This document shows positions 12,009-24,842 of a stretch of 49,249 nt of DNA, piece by piece. The notes under the pieces are model-generated. The model did no database searches and was not told the DNA's origin. It worked only from the letters and a program-made list of their open reading frames with translations. A program made the position numbers and the translations under genes. The stretch's first letter is position 1. The number at the start of each line of letters is the position of its first letter. The stretch comes from Octopus bimaculoides (Eukaryota), in assembly GCF_001194135.2 (NCBI RefSeq), contig NC_068983.1, positions 21,474,901 to 21,524,149 of the forward strand, read 5' to 3'.

Positions 12009-13279
12009 NNNNNNNNNNNNNNNNNNNNNNNNNNNNNNNNNNNNNNNNNNNNNNNNNNNNNNNNNNNNNNNNNNNNNNNNNNNNNNNNNNNNNNNNNNNN
12101 NNNNNNNNNNNNNNNNNNNNNNNNNNNNNNNNNNNNNNNNNNNNNNNNNNNNNNNNNNNNNNNNNNNNNNNNNNNNNNNNNNNNNNNNNNNNNNNNNNNN
12201 NNNNNNNNNNNNNNNNNNNNNNNNNNNNNNNNNNNNNNNNNNNNNNNNNNNNNNNNNNNNNNNNNNNNNNNNNNNNNNNNNNNNNNNNNNNNNNNNNNNN
12301 NNNNNNNNNNNNNNNNNNNNNNNNNNNNNNNNNNNNNNNNNNNNNNNNNNNNNNNNNNNNNNNNNNNNNNNNNNNNNNNNNNNNNNNNNNNNNNNNNNNN
12401 NNNNNNNNNNNNNNNNNNNNNNNNNNNNNNNNNNNNNNNNNNNNNNNNNNNNNNNNNNNNNNNNNNNNNNNNNNNNNNNNNNNNNNNNNNNNNNNNNNNN
12501 NNNNNNNNNNNNNNNNNNNNNNNNNNNNNNNNNNNNNNNNNNNNNNNNNNNNNNNNNNNNNNNNNNNNNNNNNNNNNNNNNNNNNNNNNNNNNNNNNNNN
12601 NNNNNNNNNNNNNNNNNNNNNNNNNNNNNNNNNNNNNNNNNNNNNNNNNNNNNNNNNNNNNNNNNNNNNNNNNNNNNNNNNNNNNNNNNNNNNNNNNNNN
12701 NNNNNNNNNNNNNNNNNNNNNNNNNNNNNNNNNNNNNNNNNNNNNNNNNNNNNNNNNNNNNNNNNNNNNNNNNNNNNNNNNNNNNNNNNNNNNNNNNNNN
12801 NNNNNNNNNNNNNNNNNNNNNNNNNNNNNNNNNNNNNNNNNNNNNNNNNNNNNNNNNNNNNNNNNNNNNNNNNNNNNNNNNNNNNNNNNNNNNNNNNNNN
12901 NNNNNNNNNNNNNNNNNNNNNNNNNNNTATATATATACGGTTGTATGTATGTATGTATGTATGTATGTATGTATGTATGTATATGTGTGTGTGTCTGGCA
13001 GTCTATGTACGTTGAAGGCATTCATATACAATCTACGTGTCATTTCTCACCAAATTTAATTGAAATACAACTGAAAGTGTATTTTTGGTTTGCCAGCTCC
13101 TTATCAATGATCCATAAATATCTCCTTCGTCGTGTATCTTTCTTACTTCGTTCATATCAGTAGACAGCCAGCTTCCATAAGCTTTTGGTTCCAGACAATA
13201 TCAAGTTGGTTCTGGTTTAATCCCATTATTTTGTTCATGTATTCATTTATTCATTTATTTTAGGATCTTTTATCCTTTA

Positions 13280-13510
13280 TCTTTTACTTGTCTCAGTCAT
13301 TATGTTACAGCCATGCTGGAGCACCGCCTTGAAGTTTTTTTCTTCTTTTGTTAGTTAAATGTATTGTCCCCAATACATCCTTTTTTAAAGCTTGGTGCTT
13401 ATTCTATTGGTCTCTCTCTCGCTAAACCACCAAGTAACAATAATCTAAAGACGCCAACACTGGTTGTCAAGCGGCATTGGGGGTCAAACACGGACACAAA
13501 CACTTACGTA
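13280..13510 (-). mobile_element. SINE family A 3' half
   Basis: tcttttacttgtctcagtcatt...ggagcaccgccttgaag...ggttgtcaagcgg...caaacacggacacaaac. Confidence 0.75.
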
Positions 13511-13563
13511 CATATACACACACAAACATACACACGCACACATATATATATAAACACATATAA

Positions 13564-13609
<46 letters not shown>

Positions 13610-13621
13610 GTATATATATAC

Positions 13622-13735
13622 ATATGCATATATGGGTACAGGACGTCACCAGCAGTAAACATGAAATACGAAAAGAAACGAGTTCAATATGCAAACAACG
13701 AGAGATACAAATGGAAAACAGGACAAGTAATATAA
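13622..13735. repeat. Dispersed repeat, homologous to 25807-25975
   Basis: atgcatatatgggtacaggacgtcacc...aacatgaaatacgaaaa...gagttcaata shared by both loci. Confidence 0.75.
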
Positions 13736-14430
13736 TGGGGGAACACGCACTGGCACAAACGGCATTGGTTTGTTTACGGCTCCGTAACATATCAATTCAC
13801 CATTAGACACGATAGAACAAATACCAGACTTTCAAACAACAAGCACAAAGGTGCGTTCGTTCGAGGAAAACCCTTAAGGTGATGCTCCAGCCTGGCCGCA
13901 GTCTATTGACAGAAGTAAGTAAAAGACACTTGATAAACGATAACCCAGAACAACCTCCCCTGTTACTTAGCGTTTTGTATCTTTTATGGCAGTGCTAAGT
14001 AAAATTCCCTCAATGCTCATTGGATTAAGATCAGTGTTAGATTTTATTCCTTGGCTCTCTCCATGTTCATTAGATATCCTAATATTGTTACACATATCTT
14101 CTTGCTGGAAAACGTGATCAGGGTAGTAGTTCGTGATTATTTTCCTACTGCAAGCGTTTTTGTTGCAGTTATACGATTTAGGTGTTATATGATACCAACA
14201 TAGATTTTAAGCCATGTCCGCGCCCTCCTAGTGAAGGAAAAAATATATCTGTATATGTATGCATGTATGTATGAACGCGTGTGTGTATGTATGCAGGTAA
14301 ATGTGAATGTATATGAGTAGCTATGTATGTAGAGATGCGTGTACGGAGATAGCATATAGTTGGACATGTATGTATGTATGCATGTATGTATGTATGTATG
14401 TATGTATGTATGTATGTATGTATTATGTAT

Positions 14431-14852
14431 GCGGAGGTACAGCTGTGTGGTATCAACTTTGCTTCCCAACCACATGGTTTTGGGTTCGGTACCACTGCGT
14501 GGCACCTTGGGCATATGATTCTGTTATAGCCTTGTGCTGACCAAAGCCTTTCGAGTGGATTTGTTAGAATGTAATTGAAAACTCACCATATGTATGCATG
14601 TGTTAATGTGTTTGTGTGTATGTGTGTGTATGTACTTCTATGTGTGTCTTTGTGCATCGTCAGTTCCCACACAAGTTCTCAACCGGTACTGGTTTGATTA
14701 CATCCGCGTAACCTTTTTCTTACGATCCGTTTTGACCAACTACTAAGTACCAGACTCAAATGTAAAACTGAGGTTGATTTGTTTGACTATAATCCTTCAA
14801 AATGGTGGCCCAGCATGGTCGTAGTGCAATGACTAAAACAAGTACAAAATAA
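14431..14852 (+). mobile_element. SINE family A
   Basis: gctgtgtggtatc...cccaaccacatggttttgggttcggtaccactgcgtggcaccttgggc; tail ccagcatggtcgtagtgcaatgactaaaacaagta. Confidence 0.8.
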
Positions 14853-15090
14853 CGATATTGGTCTCAACCATCTCTCTAGAGCCATGCTAGACACACACAC
14901 TATACATACATGCATACATACATACACACACACTGACACATACATACATACGTACGTACATACATACAAAATGTGTGTGTGCGTATGTGTGTGTGTGTAT
15001 GAGTCAGGCTGTATGCGCATGCGCATGCGTTTTAGTTGTGTATTGATTACAACGTTATTTTATTCCTACTCTGAGGGTGCAGGGAAAAGC

Positions 15091-15103
15091 TAATAATAAT
15101 AAC

Positions 15104-15161
<58 letters not shown>
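15091..15161. repeat. (AAT)n microsatellite running into gap
   Basis: Directly visible. Confidence 0.95.
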
Positions 15162-15891
15162 NNNNNNNNNNNNNNNNNNNNNNNNNNNNNNNNNNNNNNN
15201 NNNNNNNNNNNNNNNNNNNNNNNNNNNNNNNNNNNNNNNNNNNNNNNNNNNNNNNNNNNNNNNNNNNNNNNNNNNNNNNNNNNNNNNNNNNNNNNNNNNN
15301 NNNNNNNNNNNNNNNNNNNNNNNNNNNNNNNNNNNNNNNNNNNNNNNNNNNNNNNNNNNNNNNNNNNNNNNNNNNNNNNNNNNNNNNNNNNNNNNNNNNN
15401 NNNNNNNNNNNNNNNNNNNNNNNNNNNNNNNNNNNNNNNNNNNNNNNNNNNNNNNNNNNNNNNNNNNNNNNNNNNNNNNNNNNNNNNNNNNNNNNNNNNN
15501 NNNNNNNNNNNNNNNNNNNNNNNNNNNNNNNNNNNNNNNNNNNNNNNNNNNNNNNNNNNNNNNNNNNNNNNNNNNNNNNNNNNNNNNNNNNNNNNNNNNN
15601 NNNNNNNNNNNNNNNNNNNNNNNNNNNNNNNNNNNNNNNNNNNNNNNNNNNNNNNNNNNNNNNNNNNNNNNNNNNNNNNNNNNNNNNNNNNNNNNNNNNN
15701 NNNNNNNNNNNNNNNNNNNNNNNNNNNNNNNNNNNNNNNNNNNNNNNNNNNNNNNNNNNNNNNNNNNNNNNNNNNNNNNNNNNNNNNNNNNNNNNNNNNN
15801 NNNNTGTATGTGACATACCTACAGAAGTAATTTCCTCTATATGTATGTGTAAATATAATTATGGCATAGATAGATAGGTAAGCTGACAGCC

Positions 15892-15969
<78 letters not shown>

Positions 15970-16296
15970 AAATAAACTGACTGAAAAATATATTGAGGTC
16001 TAGTGAAAAATAGTGCTGCGAAATAAAATGACACATACACACATATACACACATATAAACACACACAAACACAGATATATACATATATACTCAGTCCCCC
16101 CATATCACTTATGTATATACATGTGTGCCTCTACATATATTTGTTTTGTTACACAACAAACAAAAACAAACGGTCTACAGACTTTTCAACGCACACACAC
16201 ACTCACATACAAGCGCGTTCGCACACAGACACATATACATACATACATATATATATACATACATACATACGCACTTATATACATACATTCATGCAT

Positions 16297-16336
<40 letters not shown>

Positions 16337-17175
16337 NNNNNNNNNNNNNNNNNNNNNNNNNNNNNNNNNNNNNNNNNNNNNNNNNNNNNNNNNNNNNNNN
16401 NNNNNNNNNNNNNNNNNNNNNNNNNNNNNNNNNNNNNNNNNNNNNNNNNNNNNNNNNNNNNNNNNNNNNNNNNNNNNNNNNNNNNNNNNNNNNNNNNNNN
16501 NNNNNNNNNNNNNNNNNNNNNNNNNNNNNNNNNNNNNNNNNNNNNNNNNNNNNNNNNNNNNNNNNNNNNNNNNNNNNNNNNNNNNNNNNNNNNNNNNNNN
16601 NNNNNNNNNNNNNNNNNNNNNNNNNNNNNNNNNNNNNNNNNNNNNNNNNNNNNNNNNNNNNNNNNNNNNNNNNNNNNNNNNNNNNNNNNNNNNNNNNNNN
16701 NNNNNNNNNNNNNNNNNNNNNNNNNNNNNNNNNNNNNNNNNNNNNNNNNNNNNNNNNNNNNNNNNNNNNNNNNNNNNNNNNNNNNNNNNNNNNNNNNNNN
16801 NNNNNNNNNNNNNNNNNNNNNNNNNNNNNNNNNNNNNNNNNNNNNNNNNNNNNNNNNNNNNNNNNNNNNNNNNNNNNNNNNNNNNNNNNNNNNNNNNNNN
16901 NNNNNNNNNNNNNNNNNNNNNNNNNNNNNNNNNNNNNNNNNNNNNNNNNNNNNNNNNNNNNNNNNNNNNNNNNNNNNNNNNNNNNNNNNNNNNNNNNNNN
17001 NNNNNNNNNNNNNNNNNNNNNNNNNNNNNNNNNNNNNNNNNNNNNNNNNNNNNNNNNNNNNNNNNNNNNNNNNNNNNNNNNNNNNNNNNNNNNNNNNNNN
17101 NNNNNNNNNNNNNNNNNNNNNNNNNNNNNNNNNNNNNNNNNNNNNNTATATATATATATATATTACACATACCTG

Positions 17176-17221
<46 letters not shown>

Positions 17222-18000
17222 TGTATCACTTAGTGAAATGGAATACCAATACCATAGTTACGTTTCACAGTATAGTACAAAAGCAAGTTGGTAATGTAAT
17301 TACTAAAATAGCTTTTGTATCATTTTACTTTTTCTATAAAATAATGTGTAGAAATGTTTTGGCTTGTGAGCTTTGGATTTTCAAAAGATTTGCAGTGTTG
17401 CTTCCAGCCCTCAACACCCCTTTATTTTACAGCATTACATTTTTTTTTATATTGTTGATCGATAATGATGGGAGAAAAAAAAAACTCATTAACTAGAAAG
17501 TTATTTTCATGAGCGAGAAAACATTGTAAATATGCATATAGATATATACACACATATATATATATGTGCAAAAAAAACATACATAAAGATATATATTATA
17601 TCATATATATATATATATATATATANNNNNNNNNNNNNNNNNNNNNNNNNNNNNNNNNNNNNNNNNNNNNNNNNNNNNNNNNNNNNNNNNNNNNNNNNNN
17701 NNNNNNNNNNNNNNNNNNNNNNNNNNNNNNNNNNNNNNNNNNNNNNNNNNNNNNNNNNNNNNNNNNNNNNNNNNNNNNNNNNNNNNNNNNNNNNNNNNNN
17801 NNNNNNNNNNNNNNNNNNNNNNNNNNNNNNNNNNNNNNNNNNNNNNNNNNNNNNNNNNNNNNNNNNNNNNNNNNNNNNNNNNNNNNNNNNNNNNNNNNNN
17901 NNNNNNNNNNNNNNNNNNNNNNNNNNNNNNNNNNNNNNNNNNNNNNNNNNNNNNNNNNNNNNNNNNNNNNNNNNNNNNNNNNNNNNNNNNNCATACATTC

Positions 18001-18036
<36 letters not shown>

Positions 18037-18859
18037 GTATGTATATAAATATATATGTATATTTATATATACACATGCATTTATAGGTATATGTGTACGC
18101 ACCCATGTACGCGGGCGCGCGCGCACACAGACATACATAAATATATAGATGTGGAAGATATACAATACCGATTTCTAATTTTTTTAATGAAAGTTTAGAA
18201 CATCGTTCAATTAATGTGGGAATATTTTCAGAACTGAAAAAGAAAAAAAAAGAAAAAAAAAACTATGTCTATAGCAAAGAAAAATGGTTATTTATTGTTT
18301 AAAATTATCGTAAACATCCTGGTTGGTGGTTAAAACTTTAAGTCTTAAAATTCTTGTCATGGGCTTCCTCTTTGACATATCTTTTTCATTTGTATCAATT
18401 GTCTGCCAAAAAATGTGATAAAACGTCTCCGATTATATTCGTCGTAAGCCGAAGCGACAAATCGAGAAAGAATTTTTTTTTCCCGTTGTTTCCAATCACT
18501 TTTGTCTTCTGATATTCAAATGTGCTCCGTAAAAATATATTTTGAAAATAATTTTGTCATGAACTCGGGAAGAGCTAACTGTATTTAAAATTCGTATATG
18601 AAAAAGTTTCAGGCAATTAATTATTAGGTAAGAATAAGAAATAAATATAAATGCTGTACAATGCAAAATTATATAATAATCTGAGCAATTAAATTCATTG
18701 AACGATGTGTCTTAGCATGTCCGAACTCCAGTGACTGAAATCACTAAAAATAATGAAAAGATACAAAATAATAGATCTGTTATTAGCCATGAGACTAATA
18801 AGGCTGCAGTCCAACTAAATGTGACACCCGTCTGCTGCAGGGTGTATTGCCAGGCTATT

Positions 18860-18998
18860 ACAGCTGAGTGAACCGGTGCAACATCAAAATGAAGTATTTT
18901 GCTCAAGAAAATGACGCAGCGCCCGAATCACTAATCGAAACTACTATCTTATGATGGTGAGTGCACCACCACCTCTAACCACTTGGCCATATATCTTT
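18860..18998 (-). mobile_element. SINE family C head fragment
   Basis: acagctgagtgaaccggtgcaacatcaaaatgaagtattttgctcaag...ctaaccacttggcc. Confidence 0.65.
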
Positions 18999-19519
18999 AG
19001 AATATAAACTTAGGTAAACTAAACTAACCTTCAACTAGTGTCTCCAAGTCTATGCTTAATTTAATAGCAATTCCGGGTGGATGATATTTTTTATTCTAGC
19101 GTTGCTTTTTGGTATCGATTGCCGTAACCATTGTTATTGCTGGTGGTAATAATGGTAACAATATTTTATTTGTGCAAAAATCTTCGCGAATTGATTTTCT
19201 TAGTTATGACCCTTGTTCGATTTTGTTTTGTTTTGTTTAGTTTTTTTGTTCTAGGTTCCAAACACACTTGGAAGGTGTGTTGTCCTTTACTTGCTTGTAT
19301 ATCTTCACCAAATCTGAATGTTTCTACCACTGACTATGATATATATGTGAGAAGCGAGAAACTCTAGGAAGAGCTGAGCCTAAGGAGGTCTTCAGAGAAG
19401 AAGCCGAACCTTCTATGCAAGTGTTTCGACACTTAACTTCGTACACTCTAAGGGAACCCGGCCGAATCCATATCATAACTCCCGAATACCTCTGTGTTAC
19501 CACATTTTGTGCTACTAAC

Positions 19520-19602
19520 CGCATTGCAGCCTTTTTGGGGTAAATACTCGTATATAAAACGTTGGTAATAAATGTTGATGTATTCTCTGGCAAAGTATTG
19601 CG
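19520..19602 (-). CDS. Candidate 83-nt coding exon of an unidentified gene
   Basis: Strong acceptor (cttttccgcgtttattttcag), GTTAGT donor, open phase 1->0 frame xQYFAREYINIYYQRFIYEYLPQKGCNA; no homolog recognised, no partner exons established. Confidence 0.3.
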
Positions 19603-19990
19603 CTGAAAATAAACGCGGAAAAGCGCCAGTAATTTATACATACACGCATACATACATATATGCATACATACGTACGTACATACATACATACATACATACA
19701 TACATGCACATGTACCAATCTTGAGATGTTAGGCTTCTCAAAACCAGAAGGGAGAAAGCTGATTTGAAGATTACAGATCCAAGCCATCACTGGAACTGTA
19801 ATAATATGTAAAACTTACAAGTTTATCGAGCAAGGATATGCATAAGAATACATTCTTAATCAGAACAGACAAATCTGCACATGTACTGACTCCAAATACT
19901 GCACATGTACACACAGACACATTTACAAATCTTATATAACAATACATACAAATGTGCAGTTCTATATTTAAGAGATGAGGAATTATGTAC

Positions 19991-20128
19991 ATTATTTACA
20001 TTTGACGGATATTTGTCCTTATATTGTTTGTTGTTAACACAACATTTCAGTTGATGAAGGCTAGAGTGTATATCAGTTGTGTTAACAACAAACAAGATGA
20101 GGAAAAATATCCGTCAAATGTAAATAAT
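19991..20128. repeat. Foldback: 53-bp inverted arms (50/53 matched) with 32-nt spacer, probably collapsed head-to-head Penelope-like termini
   Basis: Arms 19991-20043 and 20076-20128; spacer contains ttgatgaaggct (hammerhead-core-like half). Confidence 0.85.
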
Positions 20129-20137
20129 AAACATACA

Positions 20138-20335
20138 AATGTGGGTGTGTGGTAAGGAGTTTGCCTCCCAACCACATGGTTCCGGGTTCAGTCCGACTGC
20201 GTGGTGCCTTGGGCGAATACCTTCCACTATAGTATCAGGCCGACCAAAGACATGTGAGTGGATTTGGTACACGGAAACTAGAAGCTCGTCGTGTATATAT
20301 AAATATATATACACACACATATATATATACATACA

Positions 20336-20409
<74 letters not shown>

Positions 20410-20597
20410 TACCCCTGCCATCCCTTAATAACCGATGCTGCTGTGCTTATGTCCCCGTACATTGGCCGTTCGTCGAAAGAGACCGATAGAATATGTACTA
20501 GCCTTACAAAGAATAAGTCCTGGGGTCGATTTCTTCGACTCACATCATTTAAGGCGGTGCTCCAGCATGGCCGCAGTAAAATAACTGAAAAAAGTAA
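20138..20597 (+). mobile_element. SINE family A with long internal (TG)n
   Basis: gtgtgtggtaag...ccacatggttccgggttcagtcc; tail gctccagcatggccgcagtaaaataactgaaa. Confidence 0.85.
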
Positions 20598-21251
20598 AAA
20601 AAAAAAGAGAAGAAAAAATAAAATATATATATATATATACTATTTAGATAAAGATAGCTATGGCTGGTTCATAGGGTTAGCCAGACGTTTTAAAACTAAG
20701 CGCTTTATGGACTCGAACCCCGGGTAACCTTTTAAGCAGGCGTAACAATCTTTATTTAAATACTCTACTGCTCTATAACTTAGACTCTGCTTCTCTTTCC
20801 GATTTATGATTTACTGACAATATATATGTGTGTGGGTGTGTATATACATACATACATATGTATCTACATATATGTACATGTGTATACTAGCACAAAAGAA
20901 ACGTGCTCCAGGCTGTCTTACGTTAGTGTAACTATACACTGACCAAAGTGTCTTTCTTAATGTAAAATCCTTGAAGTAACATACATACATATATACATAC
21001 ATACATACATACATACATACGTACATACATACGTACATACATACATATATACATACATACATACATACATACGTACATACATACGTACATACATACATAT
21101 ATACATACATACACGCACAGAAACGCACACGTGCATATATGTATAATATATATNNNNNNNNNNNNNNNNNNNNNNNNNNNNNNNNNNNNNNNNNNNNNNN
21201 NNNNNNNNNNNNNNNNNNNNNNNNNNNNNNNNNNNNTATATATATATATAT

Positions 21252-21287
<36 letters not shown>

Positions 21288-21940
21288 TTATATGTTTCTG
21301 TGTGTGTGTGTGTGTGTGAGTGAGAGAAAGAGAGAAATTGATAGATAGATAATACACACACATATACACACACATGTATACAAACACATACATACATGCT
21401 TTTGTGTGTGCGTATATGCGTGTGTGTGTGTGTGTATGTGTGCGTGCGTGTGCGTTAGCTAACTCTTAGACATTATTACTTGTGTTTCTAATTAGATACG
21501 TCTAAGTTGCTTAAACTTTTTTAGTTAAACACATGCTTTTAAAATGAAAGTATATTTTTCTCCCTGGAGTAAAACTGGAAAAAAATATATATAATATACA
21601 ATATTTTAAGTAAACTTCAATGCTTTTATTACTTTACCTATTTTTTTCGAAAATTCTACTGAGATTTTCTTTAGTTCCTCGAATTTCTGCCAAATCAGCA
21701 ACTGCAAGAGAAAGTGAATTCAATGAAATCTATAGTGGTAAGCACGAGTTGGGTTTTTGAAAAATGCGAAATTTACAACGAATGGAATAAGACGGGAAGT
21801 AGACGTTACAGTGAATGCTAACCATAGTTCGATTTGTTTAGAGGTCTGAAAGATGTGTTTAATCATATAAGATTGACAATAGAAGTACGTTTTTAAGAAG
21901 AAATATTCAGGCTGGTATTTGTTTCTAGTTACCGGCATTC

Positions 21941-22256
21941 ATCGTGGAGGTGCAATGGCCCAGTGGTTAGGGCAGCGGACTCGCGGTCATAGGGTCGCGG
22001 TTTCGATTCCCAGACCGGGCGTTGTGAGTGTTTATTGAGCATAAACACCTAAAGCTCCACGAGGCTCCGGCAGTGGATAGTGGCGAACCCTGCTGTACTC
22101 TTCCACCACAACTTTCTCTCAATCTTACTTCCTGTTTATGTTGTTCCTGTAATTCAAAGGGTCAGCTTTGTCACACTGTGTCACGCTGAATATCCCCGAG
22201 AACTATGTTAAGGGTACACGTGTGTGTGGAGTGCTCAGCCACTTGCATGTTAATTT
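21941..22256 (+). mobile_element. tRNA-derived SINE family B (3' end in gap)
   Basis: A box tggcccagtgg, B box ggtttcgattccc; ~90% identical to the inverted copy at 25493-25806. Confidence 0.9.
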
Positions 22257-23345
22257 NNNNNNNNNNNNNNNNNNNNNNNNNNNNNNNNNNNNNNNNNNNN
22301 NNNNNNNNNNNNNNNNNNNNNNNNNNNNNNNNNNNNNNNNNNNNNNNNNNNNNNNNNNNNNNNNNNNNNNNNNNNNNNNNNNNNNNNNNNNNNNNNNNNN
22401 NNNNNNNNNNNNNNNNNNNNNNNNNNNNNNNNNNNNNNNNNNNNNNNNNNNNNNNNNNNNNNNNNNNNNNNNNNNNNNNNNNNNNNNNNNNNNNNNNNNN
22501 NNNNNNNNNNNNNNNNNNNNNNNNNNNNNNNNNNNNNNNNNNNNNNNNNNNNNNNNNNNNNNNNNNNNNNNNNNNNNNNNNNNNNNNNNNNNNNNNNNNN
22601 NNNNNNNNNNNNNNNNNNNNNNNNNNNNNNNNNNNNNNNNNNNNNNNNNNNNNNNNNNNNNNNNNNNNNNNNNNNNNNNNNNNNNNNNNNNNNNNNNNNN
22701 NNNNNNNNNNNNNNNNNNNNNNNNNNNNNNNNNNNNNNNNNNNNNNNNNNNNNNNNNNNNNNNNNNNNNNNNNNNNNNNNNNNNNNNNNNNNNNNNNNNN
22801 NNNNNNNNNNNNNNNNNNNNNNNNNNNNNNNNNNNNNNNNNNNNNNNNNNNNNNNNNNNNNNNNNNNNNNNNNNNNNNNNNNNNNNNNNNNNNNNNNNNN
22901 NNNNNNNNNNNNNNNNNNNNNNNNNNNNNNNNNNNNNNNNNNNNNNNNNNNNNNNNNNNNNNNNNNNNNNNNNNNNNNNNNNNNNNNNNNNNNNNNNNNN
23001 NNNNNNNNNNNNNNNNNNNNNNNNNNNNNNNNNNNNNNNNNNNNNNNNNNNNNNNNNNNNNNNNNNNNNNNNNNNNNNNNNNNNNNNNNNNNNNNNNNNN
23101 NNNNNNNNNNNNNNNNNNNNNNNNNNNNNNNNNNNNNNNNNNNNNNNNNNNNNNNNNNNNNNNNNNNNNNNNNNNNNNNNNNNNNNNNNNNNNNNNNNNN
23201 NNNNNNNNNNNAAAAAAAAAAAAAAAAGCAACTTTCAGTGAAGAAAACTTTTTGTGTCTCACTGTGCGAGAATTGTTGTTTTTGTGGGCGTATCTCGCCT
23301 CCAAAAAACTTGTGAAAATTTTGCTGCTGTGGCCCTGGATTACTG

Positions 23346-23417
23346 TTATTGGAATACCTTTACTGGAATACTTTTATTTTGGAGTACCTTTATTGGAATC
23401 CCTTTATTGGAATACCT
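23346..23417 (+). repeat. Five tandem 14-bp units (ttattggaatacct) in putative LINE 5' UTR
   Basis: Units at 23346, 23360, 23374 (16 nt), 23390, 23404. Confidence 0.9.
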
Positions 23418-23558
23418 ATAGGTATTGCTGGTGGCCGGAATTGTGTTTCCTTGACTTAAACTGTCTTCCTTCCTTCCTTTTCTCTGCTCTGTCTTCTGTT
23501 CTTTTGTACTTAGTTTGTTTTTTGTGAACTTTTTTGTTGAACATTTTTTTTTGCAAGC

Positions 23559-24161
23559 ATGGCAAAAGAGAGAAACACTGTCTTGGAGTGGGAACTGTGC
23601 CCACCCAAGCAGTGGTTGAAAGAATTGGAGGAAAGAACAGTGACGCTCCGGACCTACTCAAATGTGTTGGATGGCGTCATGGCTTTCCTCAAACTATTAT
23701 TGAAAAGGAACTTACGTATGTTAATGCCAACTTTAAATATATTTCAAGGGGAGTCAAATATGCAACCGTGTGGTTGCTTTTTGACTCCCCGAGTGAAGGG
23801 CCCATTGAGGGCAAAGAAATTTTGTTGCTGCCCACATATTGTGGACAAAAAATAACGAGGGCTTGGGTCTGCGGGTTGCCGCCTGGAATAAAGCCCGAGT
23901 GGATAGAGGATTCTTTCCGCCGAGGTCTGGGTGGCACCGGAACCAAGCTCCTCAATGTAAAAATTTTGCCAGCAATTGGCTGGGAGGGGTCAAAAGCGGT
24001 GTTGACCCTTTGGTCCCAGTAGATTGCGTGTCTGGTGATTCCAGACTTTTTAAGGACGGCTCAGGCAAGGTATCCAGTGATTTTGGAGGGACGCCCTTCT
24101 AAATATCACAAGTGCCTTGAATCCGGCCATTTAAAAAAGAACTGTCCCAAGGGCCAAAGTA
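23559..24161 (+). pseudogene. Tx1/L1-type ORF1 (gag-like, CCHC knuckle), disrupted
   Basis: ELEERTVTLRTY...; ILLLPTYCGQKITRAWVCGLPPGIKPEW...; EGRPSKYHKCLESGHLKKNCP = (C>Y)x2Cx4Hx4C; frameshift and in-frame stop at 24020. Confidence 0.75.
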
Positions 24162-24842
24162 NNNNNNNNNNNNNNNNNNNNNNNNNNNNNNNNNNNNNNN
24201 NNNNNNNNNNNNNNNNNNNNNNNNNNNNNNNNNNNNNNNNNNNNNNNNNNNNNNNNNNNNNNNNNNNNNNNNNNNNNNNNNNNNNNNNNNNNNNNNNNNN
24301 NNNNNNNNNNNNNNNNNNNNNNNNNNNNNNNNNNNNNNNNNNNNNNNNNNNNNNNNNNNNNNNNNNNNNNNNNNNNNNNNNNNNNNNNNNNNNNNNNNNN
24401 NNNNNNNNNNNNNNNNNNNNNNNNNNNNNNNNNNNNNNNNNNNNNNNNNNNNNNNNNNNNNNNNNNNNNNNNNNNNNNNNNNNNNNNNNNNNNNNNNNNN
24501 NNNNNNNNNNNNNNNNNNNNNNNNNNNNNNNNNNNNNNNNNNNNNNNNNNNNNNNNNNNNNNNNNNNNNNNNNNNNNNNNNNNNNNNNNNNNNNNNNNNN
24601 NNNNNNNNNNNNNNNNNNNNNNNNNNNNNNNNNNNNNNNNNNNNNNNNNNNNNNNNNNNNNNNNNNNNNNNNNNNNNNNNNNNNNNNNNNNNNNNNNNNN
24701 NNNNNNNNNNNNNNNNNNNNNNNNNNNNNNNNNNNNNNNNNNNNNNNNNNNNNNNNNNNNNNNNNNNNNNNNNNNNNNNNNNNNNNNNNNNNNNNNNNNN
24801 NNNNNNNNNNTGTAAGGCCTTAATGGCCAATCTAATGAAATA

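Larger units (their letters stand above)
23212..24842 (+). mobile_element. L1/Tx1-type non-LTR element: 5' UTR with 14-bp repeats, ORF1, 649-N gap, 3' tail
   Basis: ORF1-like coding sequence ending in a zinc knuckle, tail tgtaaggccttaatggccaatctaatgaaat after the gap. Confidence 0.65.

Noticed and set aside
20640-20730. Degenerate tRNA-like head
   Set aside because: Boxes are too diverged and there is no associated body.
21941-22020. tRNA genes at SINE heads (also 8570-8649, 29318-29395, 47869-47945)
   Set aside because: A and B boxes are present, but there is no closable acceptor stem and each continues into a SINE body.
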